Below are positions 52,744-64,000 of a DNA stretch of 64,000 nt, one piece after another. The number at the start of each line of letters is the position of its first letter. The stretch's first letter is position 1. Under the pieces are notes generated by a model that worked only from the letters and a program-made list of their open reading frames with translations, searched no databases and was not told the origin of the DNA. Origin of the DNA: an uncultured delta proteobacterium (GTDB taxonomy: Bacteria > Myxococcota_A > Polyangia > Polyangiales > Polyangiaceae); assembly GCA_963806225.1 (NCBI GenBank), contig CAWDXG010000003.1:1-64000 (forward strand). The letters run 5' to 3'. The position numbers and the translations under genes were made by a program.

Positions 52744-53304
52744 GTGGCGTTCCGCGTATTTCTGCTGGGTGTGGCTCTGGGCGCGTGCGCCTGCAGCGCC
52801 GCTCCGGGCGCGACGCCGGACACCGCCGCGAAGCCCGCCAGTGCCCAGAATCCCTGGTCGGCCTGCTACGCCGACTTCACGCCCATCGGCAGTGCGCACG
52901 GCGATCTCGCGCGCCTCACCCACGCCTGCGGCTCGCTGGGCGGGCTGCACGCCGTCACGCCGGTCGTCGCCAAGGTCCAGAGCGCGAAGGCTCCGGCCGA
53001 CCGCTACACGTTCTACGTGCCTGGGCCCGGCGCCTGCTACCGCGTGTTCGCCGCCGGCGACTACAACGTGCACGATCTCGACCTGCTCATCCACGACGCG
53101 GCGGGACAGACCATCGCGGCGGACCTCTCGCACGACTCTTTTCCGGTGGTGCCGCCCTCCGGCCCCCTGTGCTTCGACCGCGGCGGGCTCTACATGCTGG
53201 AAGTGAGCGTGTTCCGCGGCGCCGGGCACTACGCCGTCCAGGTGTGGGGCAACACGCCAGAAGCCGCGAAACCCGGCGAAGCTGGTGCCACCGCCCGCAA
53301 GTGA
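52744..53304 (+). CDS. hypothetical lipoprotein
   Basis: Lipobox-like ACAC, CYRVFAAG..DLDLLIHD beta-sandwich pattern common in myxobacteria. Confidence 0.7.
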   Translation: MAFRVFLLGVALGACACSAAPGATPDTAAKPASAQNPWSACYADFTPIGSAHGDLARLTHACGSLGGLHAVTPVVAKVQSAKAPADRYTFYVPGPGACYRVFAAGDYNVHDLDLLIHDAAGQTIAADLSHDSFPVVPPSGPLCFDRGGLYMLEVSVFRGAGHYAVQVWGNTPEAAKPGEAGATARK

Positions 53305-53318
53305 TATGACAAAGCCCG

Positions 53319-54173
53319 ATGGCCACGTCGACCACCGCCCCGGTTCCCGTCGAGGAAAAGCTCGAGCGCCTGCGCGCGCTCCTCCGCGACATGGGCTCGG
53401 TGCTGGTCTGCTACTCGGGCGGCATCGACAGCGCCTTCGTGCTCGCCGTCGCGAACGAAGAGCTCGGCCCGCGCGCCATCGGCATGACGGCCGTGAGCCC
53501 GAGCCTCGCCGACTTCGAGAAGGAAGACGCCACGCGCATCGCCAGGCAACTCGGCGCCGAGCACCGCTTCGTCGAATCCAACGAGATCGAGCGCGCCGGC
53601 TACGTCAAGAACGACCCCGACCGCTGCTTCCACTGCAAGAGCGAGCTCTACGACATCGCCGAGGCGAAGCAGCGCGAGTGGGGTCTCGGATTCGTGCTCA
53701 ACGGCACCAACAGCGACGACCTCGGCGACTACCGTCCCGGGCTCGAGGCCGCGCGCGCCGCCGGCGTCAGGAGCCCACTGCTCGAAGCAGGCTTTTCCAA
53801 GGCCGACGTGCGCGCCGGCGCACAGCTCATCGGCATGGAGATCTGGGACAAGCCCGCCGCCGCGTGCCTGTCGAGCCGCATTCCCTACGGCACCAGCGTC
53901 ACCCGCGAACGCCTCGCGCAGATCGGCGGCTTCGAGGCCGACCTGAAAGCGCTCGGCTTCCGACAGCTGCGCGTGCGCTGGCACGAGCGCATCGCACGGC
54001 TCGAGTTCGCCGTGGAAGAGCTGCCGCGCCTGCTCGAGCCGGGCGTCCGCGAGAAGGTCGTCGAAGCCGGCAAGAAGCACGGCTTCTCGTACATCACGCT
54101 CGATCTCGCCGGATACCGCACGGGCTCGCACAACGAAGTCCTCGTCGGCCGCGCGTTGCGCGTCGTGGACTGA
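53319..54173 (+). CDS. larE: ATP-dependent sulfur transferase LarE family
   Basis: PP-loop SGGIDS, RCFHCK, DYRPG, ACLSSRIPYG, LDLAGYRTGS. Confidence 0.92.
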   Translation: MATSTTAPVPVEEKLERLRALLRDMGSVLVCYSGGIDSAFVLAVANEELGPRAIGMTAVSPSLADFEKEDATRIARQLGAEHRFVESNEIERAGYVKNDPDRCFHCKSELYDIAEAKQREWGLGFVLNGTNSDDLGDYRPGLEAARAAGVRSPLLEAGFSKADVRAGAQLIGMEIWDKPAAACLSSRIPYGTSVTRERLAQIGGFEADLKALGFRQLRVRWHERIARLEFAVEELPRLLEPGVREKVVEAGKKHGFSYITLDLAGYRTGSHNEVLVGRALRVVD

Positions 54174-54329
54174 ACGCGCATTTTCTGGGGTTGCCCCCGC
54201 GCCGCGCGTCGCTTCACGGCGCGCCGTGCTCGCCGCTAACGCGGCTGCGCGCGGTCGCGGGCCCGCCAAGGCCGGGCTCGCGCCCGGCCGGGGGCCCATT
54301 CCCTGGGCGCGCACCGGCGGCGGGGAGCG

Positions 54330-54842
54330 TTGCTCGCTCGCTTGGTGGCGCGGCTCGGACTCGTGGTTGTGCTGATGGCTTGCTCGCCCTTGGCGTGCAG
54401 CAAGCACAAGTCCAGCGGCGGTGGCTCCGGCGCCCGCGGCGCGGCGGCGGTCGCGGCGACGAGCGCTCCCGCACCGGGCGCGAGCGCTCCCGCACCGGGC
54501 GCGAGTGGCCTCAGCGACGGCGAGAAAGCGCTGGTGAAGGCCTATCTCTCCGACGGAGGCGACGAGGACCACGGCGACCCCAACGCTCCGTTCAACCAGA
54601 CCAAGGAGCGCAAGAAGCTGGCAGGACGTTGCAGGAAGGCCTGCGCTCACGTGAAGAGCTTCGAGAAGCCTAGCGACGAATTCGGCATGGGCGCGATGAC
54701 CGACAACGGCGCGATTCTGCGCGACGACTGCGTCAAGAGCTGCCTGGGGAACGACTACAAGGACAACGAAATCGCCTGCGTCGCCAAGGCGAAGAACAAG
54801 ACAGAGCTGAAGCGCTGCCAGCTCGAGGCCGCGCTCGACTGA
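54330..54842 (+). CDS. hypothetical Cys-containing lipoprotein
   Basis: Lipobox PLAC, SAPAPGA duplication, CxxxC...CxxxC...C...C helical domain. Confidence 0.65.
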   Translation: MLARLVARLGLVVVLMACSPLACSKHKSSGGGSGARGAAAVAATSAPAPGASAPAPGASGLSDGEKALVKAYLSDGGDEDHGDPNAPFNQTKERKKLAGRCRKACAHVKSFEKPSDEFGMGAMTDNGAILRDDCVKSCLGNDYKDNEIACVAKAKNKTELKRCQLEAALD

Positions 54843-54939
54843 CCCATGCGAGCCGTCCCCCATGGACGCGAAAAGCCGGCGGTGTCCCGCCGGCTCTCCG
54901 GGTGTAGTGGCTGCCAGGCCCCCCGGAGGGGGCCTCCCA

Positions 54940-57185
<2,246 letters not shown>

Positions 57186-57359
57186 TGGCTGTGCGCCCCC
57201 TTGGCGCGTGCTTGCCGCTGCGTGCGGCAGAACGCCGGATCAGGGAGCGTCTGACTTCAGCCTCGGTCCCTGCGCGCGACCCGTTGTCGCGAGCACGAAT
57301 CGAAGTTGAAGCGACGAGACGCTCCAGGCCCGGAATGAAAACGAAAACGCCCCAGCCTG

Positions 57360-57630
57360 CTACTTGCGCAGGTGGAGCGCGGAGACGACCTTGCGATACC
57401 GCTCCACGTCGGAGCGCTTGAGGTAGTCGAGCAGACGACGACGACGCCCGACGAGCTTGAGCAGCCCCCGACGGGAGTGGTGGTCCTTCTTGTGCGTCTT
57501 GAAGTGCTCGGTCAGATACTCGATGCGGCTCGAGAGCAGAGCGATCTGCACTTCGGGCGAGCCGGTGTCGGTATCGTGAAGCCGGTATTCGGTCGATGAC
57601 GCGCTGCTTGGCGTCCTGTTCTAGCGCCAT
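57360..57630 (-). CDS. rpsO: 30S ribosomal protein S15 (frameshifted)
   Basis: [12 protein letters not shown]...[29 protein letters not shown]. Upstream of pnp. Confidence 0.96.
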
Positions 57631-57774
57631 GTTTCCTTCCTCGTGCGGTTCCACGGACACAGCGAAAAAGCCGTAGACCGGGTACCTCGAAAGCGGCGGG
57701 AGTATACGCGCCCCGACCACCTGGTCAACTGCCCGGGTCCGCGGGCAGCGCCGATTGGCCGGGAGGCCGGCGAG

Positions 57775-59734
57775 CTAGAACCTTGCCTGGAGGGAGACGC
57801 CGAAGCCCACGGAAATCAGGCGACAGGAACCGGCGCAGCAGCACCGTGCCGCTCGGGTCGAGCTCGAGCCGCGTCACGTTGTTGTCCCGCCGGTACTGCA
57901 CCCAGGCCACCGTCGCGAGCATGTCCGACAGATCCCACTTCAGGCTGCCCCGCGCCTGCGATGATCGGCACCCTGCGTCTCGCCCTGCGGCAGGAACGCC
58001 AGGTCGCCCTGCTGGCGCACGACGATGGTGCGCGACGTATCGTTGCCCAGGAAGTCCGTGGACGCTAGCTGCCGAACGTCGCCGGCAGCTGCAGGCCGCC
58101 GCCGATGCCCGGCGTGAGATGCAGCTGCTCGACGTAGTAGTCCAGCGCCGCGGCCGCGAAGAGCTCGTTCTGGATCTTGGCGTCCTTCGGCAGGGTCTGG
58201 AACGGGATGAAGCTCGGCTGGTTGCGCAGCACGAAGGCCAGGTCGCGATAGATGCCGCTGACGCTGGCTCTGCAGGTAGCCCGCCTTGACGTTGGCCTGC
58301 ACGGCCGCGGCGCGCGCCGGCTGGATGGCCGTCTGGCCCGGCGCGTCGAAGTTCTTGAGGTGCTGCTCCAGCTGCGACCCCTCGGCCGACACCGACCAGC
58401 TCACCTTGCCCGGCTCGTAGCTCGGGCGGCCGAAGCAGGATCTGCGGGGCGTTGGGATCGTTCCTGTAGAGCAGGAAGTCCGCGCGAGCGCGGCACAGGC
58501 ATGCCGTGGTGCAGCACGATGCGGCCGGAAGCGCCGTAGGTGTAGACGCGCTGTCCGAGCACGTCAGGGTCCTCGAAACGCCCCTGCTGGAAGTAGCCGG
58601 CACCCGCGTCGACCCGCAGGAAGTCCGTGAGGTCGACGCCCCCGCCGCCGAGGAAGCCGTAGTTGGTCTCGGCGATACGCACGGTGTCGGTCGCAGAGCT
58701 CTCGCCGGAGGCGTTCTGCGTGATGACCTGCTGCACCTGGATGATGCTGGCCGTCTTGAACCCGCCGAAGACGTAGTAGCCCTTGCCGTCGTACTGCATC
58801 TTCAGGCCCGGCGAGCTGCCCTGCAGCCGGGGGAAGATCGACTGGTTGATGCGCGCGTTCGTGCCGCCCCACGAGATGTCGTACAGGTAGCCGAGACGGA
58901 AGCGATCGGTGTCGATCGGGTAGAACGTGAGCGCGAGGCCCTGCGGCTCCTTCTTGCTGCCCGCCGTGCGGTAGAAGAGCCGGATGTAGGTGCCCGGCAT
59001 CCTCCAGCACCGCGTTGACGTTGTTCGACTGGCTGGCGAGCGCAGCCATGTCGAGGCGCAACGCCAGCGCCGCCTCGGTATCGAGGCGCGGGAATGTAGC
59101 CGGGCAGCTTCTTGTACAGGACGAGCTGCGTGATGTTCTCGCGGCCCGCGAAGCGCGAGTTCAGGTTGTCGAAGAACAGCCGGTACTGCGGGCGATCGCC
59201 GACGCTGGGGTTGGGCGAAAGCGGCAGCGCCTCGCCGGTGGAGTGCAGCACGTCATCATCGCCGAACGTCCAGGTCAGGCGTGTGTCGACGAAATCGCTG
59301 TGGGGCGCGTGCGCGACCTCCTCCGGCGATAGAGCCTTCTTGTCGGCGTCCGCCGCAGTGCCCTGCCCCGCGTTCGCGTCGTCGGGCGTCGGACTCGCAC
59401 TGCCGGTTGCCGTCGCCTTGGCGCCCGTTCCGGGCTCGCTGCCTTCAGCCGACTTGTCAGCGGCGGCCTTCGCGGGCTCTTCCGGCTGGGCCTTGTCCGG
59501 CGCGGGCTGGGCCTTCCCGGGCTCTTCCGGCTGGGCCTTGTCCGGCTGCTCCGGCTGGGCCTTGTCCGGCGCGGGCTGGGCCTTGTCCGGCGCAGGCTGA
59601 TCGGCGGGCGCGGGTTGATCCGCTGGGGCCGCAGGAGCGGGCTGCGCGAGGGCGACCGCGGGGATCACCCCGACCGCCAGCAGCACGGCGAGCGCCGGGA
59701 CGCGCACGTCAGTTCGAAGCTTCATTCGGGTCAT
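57775..59734 (-). CDS. putative outer-membrane beta-barrel protein (frameshifted)
   Basis: Signal peptide, PDKAQP repeats, aromatic beta-strand-rich body, C-terminal GVSLQARF*. Confidence 0.65.
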
Positions 59735-61197
59735 AGATCGTCCTCGGGGAGACGCAGGCCGTGTCGGAGGCTACGGGAGCTTTGGGGCCGTTCCGGCAGG
59801 CAAGCTGGGACTGCGACGTCGCGTCGGAGCCGCACACCAGATCGTCCAGACAGCGCGTCTCGATGGTCCAGTTCAGCGAGCCGCCGCTGAAGTTGCGCAG
59901 CGTGCCGGTGACGTCGGGCAGGGTCTCGCCCCGCATCGCCACGGGATCGAAGCCGGAGACGGAGCTCGTGTTGAGCTGGATGCTGCCGCCCGTCGCCAGG
60001 TTGACCCGGTAGTTGCCGCGCGAGACGTAGCGCGGTCCACTCCACACAATCCGGATTGGCAACGCAGGCGTTGGCGCAGGCGGCTTCGGCGCTACCCGGC
60101 GTCGTGAAGTCGATGGTGCCGTTGTTGTCCAGATCGCAGTTCGACTGGTCCGGACCGAAGACGTTGTTGACCGCCGGCTTGGGACCGAAGTTCTTTGCCG
60201 ATGGTCACGTCCGCGACGCGCACCGAGCGCCGACTCGATGCTCTCCATCTGGGCCGGGTCGCCCAGAGTCAGGCTGACGATGGGCTTCGGCGCGGGCACC
60301 GGACACTTGCCGTCGAGCTTCTCGTTGCGCCAGGGCTGGATCTCGTACGATGGGAACGAGAGCTCGGTGAAGCCGAAGAAGTCAGCGGCCGTGCCCGACA
60401 ACTGCGTGACGCGATCGCAGACGCGGATCCCGCCCGGCGTGCTGAACGTGAAGGCGAAGATATGGCCGAAGCCGCCGGTATCGGTGATGTCGGACGCGTA
60501 GAAGCCCTGCGCCGCCACGCGCGTGACGATGACCTCGGCCGGGTCGCCCGTCATCACATTCACGCCTTCTTCCGGATACGGCGTCGAGGCGCCGTGGCCC
60601 TGCACGTCGGCCAGTCGGGGCAGGGCGAAGTAGATCGGGTTTGGAGACGCCCGCGGCGAAGCTGCCCCGGCGTCTCCGTGTCGTCATTGGCGAACGCGCA
60701 GCCCGGATCCTCCGGGTAGTCGATAAGGCCGTCGCCGTCGTTGTCCTTGCCGTCCGAGCACTGCGGCGGCTTGAACGGATCCGCAGGCACATAGCCGATG
60801 TCCTCGACCCACAGGCGCGTGGGCCCACGCGGGTTGCGGACCAGGACGTGTTGCTCCGTCGCGACGCCGTCCTTCACGTAGGCATTGCGACCGGTCGCGC
60901 CCGGACCCTTCACCTCCAGCACGGCGCCCGGATCCGCGCTGATGCGCACAAACCCGGTGAAGCTCTTGTCGAGCGAGCCGTCCGCGTGCCGGGCCTGGAT
61001 GTCGACCACCATTTCCACCGGCGCGTCCAGCGGCAGCGGAAGCGGCGTGTCATTCGGCCCCGGCAGCTTGGTGCCCGAGGCCAGCCGCACGTCCACGTGC
61101 ATGCGCTCGGTGCGCGCCGGGTACGTCTTCTGAATACGTGCCCGCAGCCGGACACCGCCAGCGCGACGACTGCAGACGCGAGAACGCGCGCTCTCAC
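59709..61197 (-). CDS. lipoprotein with Ca-binding/Cys motif and OB-fold-like domain (frameshifted)
   Basis: LAVSGC lipobox, CSDGKDNDGDGLIDYPEDPGC, IVTRVAAQGFY...CDRVTQLSGTAADFFGFTELSFP. Confidence 0.6.
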
Positions 61198-63479
61198 CGG
61201 CCCACCATCAACACGCGGTTGTCCGAGTAGTTGCCGCAGCGTGCGATCGATGCAGGCCAGGAACTTGCACTCCTCGCCGCCGAACTCGCACGCGCTCTTT
61301 CGGTGGTGCAGGTGGCGATGGTTCTTCGCCGTGCTGGGATTGTCGCAGCGCTGCCGATGGTAGTTCGCGACATCCTGCCGGCAGGCCGACAGCACGCACG
61401 CGCCCGTCGCTGCACGAACCGTTGGAGCTGCAGGTGCCGTCGGGGGTCTCCGACGCGTCCTCCGGACAGGCGCACACATAGCCGGCGCCCGACGGACGAG
61501 CAGTCCTTGTCGGTACCGCAGCTTCTTCAGGCCGTCCTTGGTCGTAGTTCTCGGCGCTGTAGCCGCAGGGCTTGCCGGCGCGGATCCAGTCGATGAGCGC
61601 GTCGCGCTGCTGGATCTTCGTGTCGAGCTGCGTGGTGTTCCGCTTCAGCACCGTGAAGCCGCTGCCGCCGCCGGCGAGGTAGTTGCTGGTCGCAAACTCG
61701 TAGGAGCCGGTGGGATCGATCTGCAGAGCAGGCAGCGCCCCTTGCCGTTCGCGTCGGGGTTGTCCAGTGTCGCAGGAGTTCAGCTGGTTGCCGCAGTCGG
61801 CGTCGGAGCTGCAGGGCTTGCTCGAAGAGCCGATGTAGATGTGCTCGGCGCAGGGCTGCGCCGCGCACTTGCCGTCGTTGCACTCGTTGCGACGGGCAGT
61901 CGCTGTTCGTCGTGCAGGTCTGTGGCGCTTGACGCGGTTGCAGCCCGTGCAGTTCAAGACCACGCGGGCGCCGGCGATCTGCGCCTGGCTGGCGCAGCCG
62001 CGCCCGGCCGAGCGACGCGCCACGAAGTCGAACATCTCCTGCACCTCGACGCCGGACAGCTGCATCTTCGTGATCGAGTTGTCGAACGGGAAGATGTTGA
62101 ACATCTGCTCGACCGTGACCGGCCCCGGCACCATGTCGGCGCGGATGCCCGTGGTGTTGGTCAGCGAGAAGTCCGTCTCGATGCCGAGACGCCGCCACAT
62201 GCCGGTCGCGATCATGTTGCCGAGCGGCGAGTCGCCTCCGCCGGTACCGAAGCGCTTCGAGCCGTCCGGTGCGTAGCCGACCAGGAGGTCCAGATCCACC
62301 AGCTCGTCCAGGCTCTGGCGGTAGGGCTCGAGCAGCTCGGCCACGGCGCGGTTCTGCGGCACGTTGTCGGTGATCGGGATCAGCTTGTACTGGTGGCTGA
62401 TGATCTCGAAGCCGTTGACCGGGTCGTAGCAGCGTCCACTGGTCTGCGCCTTGGTGCACGGCGGCGGCAGGTCGTCCGGGGAATCCGAAGCGACGAAGTC
62501 GAGCCGTCCGACGTACTTCGCGAAGGCGCCCGAGTGCACCTCGAGCACAGGTCGCGGGATTGCAGTAGCGGCGCACGCCCGGCTTGCCGTCGGCGTCCTT
62601 GAGCTCGATGTAGTGCCGCCCCTGGGAATCCACCTTGGCGCAGTCGTCCAGCACCTTCGGCGGTTGCAGCACGATGTGGTTGTGGCTGCCGAGCACGATG
62701 TCGATGCCGGTCGTGCCGCTGGATCATGTCGAGGTCGGCGTTCAGCCCCAGGTGCGAGTCGACGACGACCAGGTCCACAAGCGGCCGCAGCAGGTCGACG
62801 TAGGCCTGCGCCGTGTCGATGGTGTCGAGCGGCGTGACGCCGAGCCGGCTGGGCCGCTCGTACAGCGAGCTGAGGCTGGACAGGTTGCCCATGCCGATGA
62901 CGCCGACGCTGCAGACCGCGCACGTTGAACACCGTGAACGGCTTCAGGACGTTCTGCGAGCTCCGGATTGCCGACCGTCGTCCGGATCCTCGATCTTGTA
63001 GTTGGCGGCGAGCAGCGGGAAAGTCGCCCACTTCTCGTGCTGGATCCTGGCGTTCAGCGCGCCCTTGTCGAACTCGTGGTTGGCGATGACCTGCACGTCC
63101 GTGCCCATCATGCTCAGGGCACGCACCTCGGCTTCGCCGTTGAAGTAGTTGAAGACGGGCGCACCCTGGAAGCAGTCGCCGCCGTCGATGTGCAGCACGC
63201 GGTCCGCACGCGCCCGCTCGCGGTTCGAGGATGTACGCGACCCGGGCAGCGCCGCCGACGGTCGCCACGGTGCCCGCCACGCCCAGCCCCAGCGCCGCGT
63301 CCGTCTGCGAGATCTGCAGCGCGTACGGGAACAGCCGGGAGTGGATGTCCGCCGTGTGCAGGATCGTCAGCTTCGTCTGCCCGTGCACCTGGACGGCGCG
63401 CGGGGTCCGCGGGACAACCCACGAAGGAAGCGGCACACACCATGGCGAGCGCCAGGAGCAGAAGAGCTCGCCACTTCAT
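61194..63479 (-). CDS. bifunctional metallophosphatase / 5'-nucleotidase with Cys-rich inserts (frameshifted)
   Basis: ILHTADIHS, DGGDCFQG, NHEFD, SHLG, GSHNH, NTTGIRAD, FPFDN, YLAGGGSGF. Confidence 0.9.
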
Positions 63480-63646
63480 CGCACCCGATTACCGCGCCCC
63501 GGCAACGCTGCCAAGAGGCATCCGCGCCCCCGCGTGACCCCCGCTTGACGGGGGCGGCCGGAGCGATGCAACCGACCGCGTGGCCGAGTTGCGTTCTCTG
63601 CGACATCCCACGACAGGGGGGTACGCACATTCACGGAATGTTCCGA

Positions 63647-64000
63647 TCAGGCTGCCGAGAACTCGGCGTCCAGCAGGTCGGCCAGAAGCGGGGCGAAGGC
63701 ATCTGCGACGACCTTTTCCGCTTCGTCCGCGGCCAGCTGTTGCATGGCTTCGGCAGCAACCGCTTCCGCATCGGCCAGGCTCACCCTGCGGATCGCCTCC
63801 TTCACCCCGGGGATCGCCGAGGCTTCCATGCTCAGCTCGCGCAGGCCCATGCCCACCAGCAGCGTCGCCGCGAGAGGATCACTCGCCATCGCTCCGCAGA
63901 CCGCCACGGGGCGCTTGTGGCGCTCCGCCGCGGTGACCACGCCGCGGATCAAACGCAGGATCGCCGGGTCGAAGGGACTGGCAATGTAGGCCAGCTCCCG
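63647..64000 (-). CDS. ptsI: PEP-protein phosphotransferase (PTS enzyme I), 3' part
   Basis: SPFDPAILRLI...VAVCGAMASDP...LVGMGLRELSM. Runs off the window edge. Confidence 0.85.
   Translation of the reverse strand, partial: RELAYIASPFDPAILRLIRGVVTAAERHKRPVAVCGAMASDPLAATLLVGMGLRELSMEASAIPGVKEAIRRVSLADAEAVAAEAMQQLAADEAEKVVADAFAPLLADLLDAEFSAA

Noticed and set aside
63880..63910. PtsI CGAM instead of the usual CGEM
   Set aside because: A single substitution in a partial gene from an error-prone assembly. It cannot be interpreted here.

Overview
GC-rich window from a myxobacterium, most likely Polyangiaceae-like, judging from a MYXO-CTERM protein, many Cys/Gly-rich lipoproteins and an orphan SctV/FlhA. 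(1) 1-10.4 kb is the right part of an element integrated at tRNA-Glu(UUC). It carries an IS3 copy, several small HTH/RHH genes, a DnaB-N-like gene coupled to a D5/SF3 helicase, an RHH-HNH pair, and a tyrosine integrase whose reading frame ends inside the antisense of the tRNA. (2) 10.6-41.4 kb is mostly core genome: M14 peptidase, membrane spermidine-synthase-like protein, ddl, PP2C, FIST-sctV/flhA, yhbY, serpin, AI-2E, HIT, the pheA-hisC-aroA-cmk-rpsA operon and smc. (3) 41.4-52.7 kb is accessory: a 531-nt internally deleted group IIC intron behind a terminator, a MYXO-CTERM protein, an imuA-imuB-(insert)-dnaE2 mutasome with a candidate SOS box, and a RAYT-like HUH/Y1 nuclease bracketed on both sides by arrays of a 51-bp hairpin-forming tandem repeat, the most unusual signal here. 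(4) 52.7-64 kb holds larE, pnp, rpsO, an outer-membrane protein/lipoprotein/5'-nucleotidase cluster and the 3' end of ptsI. Many essential genes are split by single-base indels, which points to long-read consensus errors, so their coordinates are approximate.
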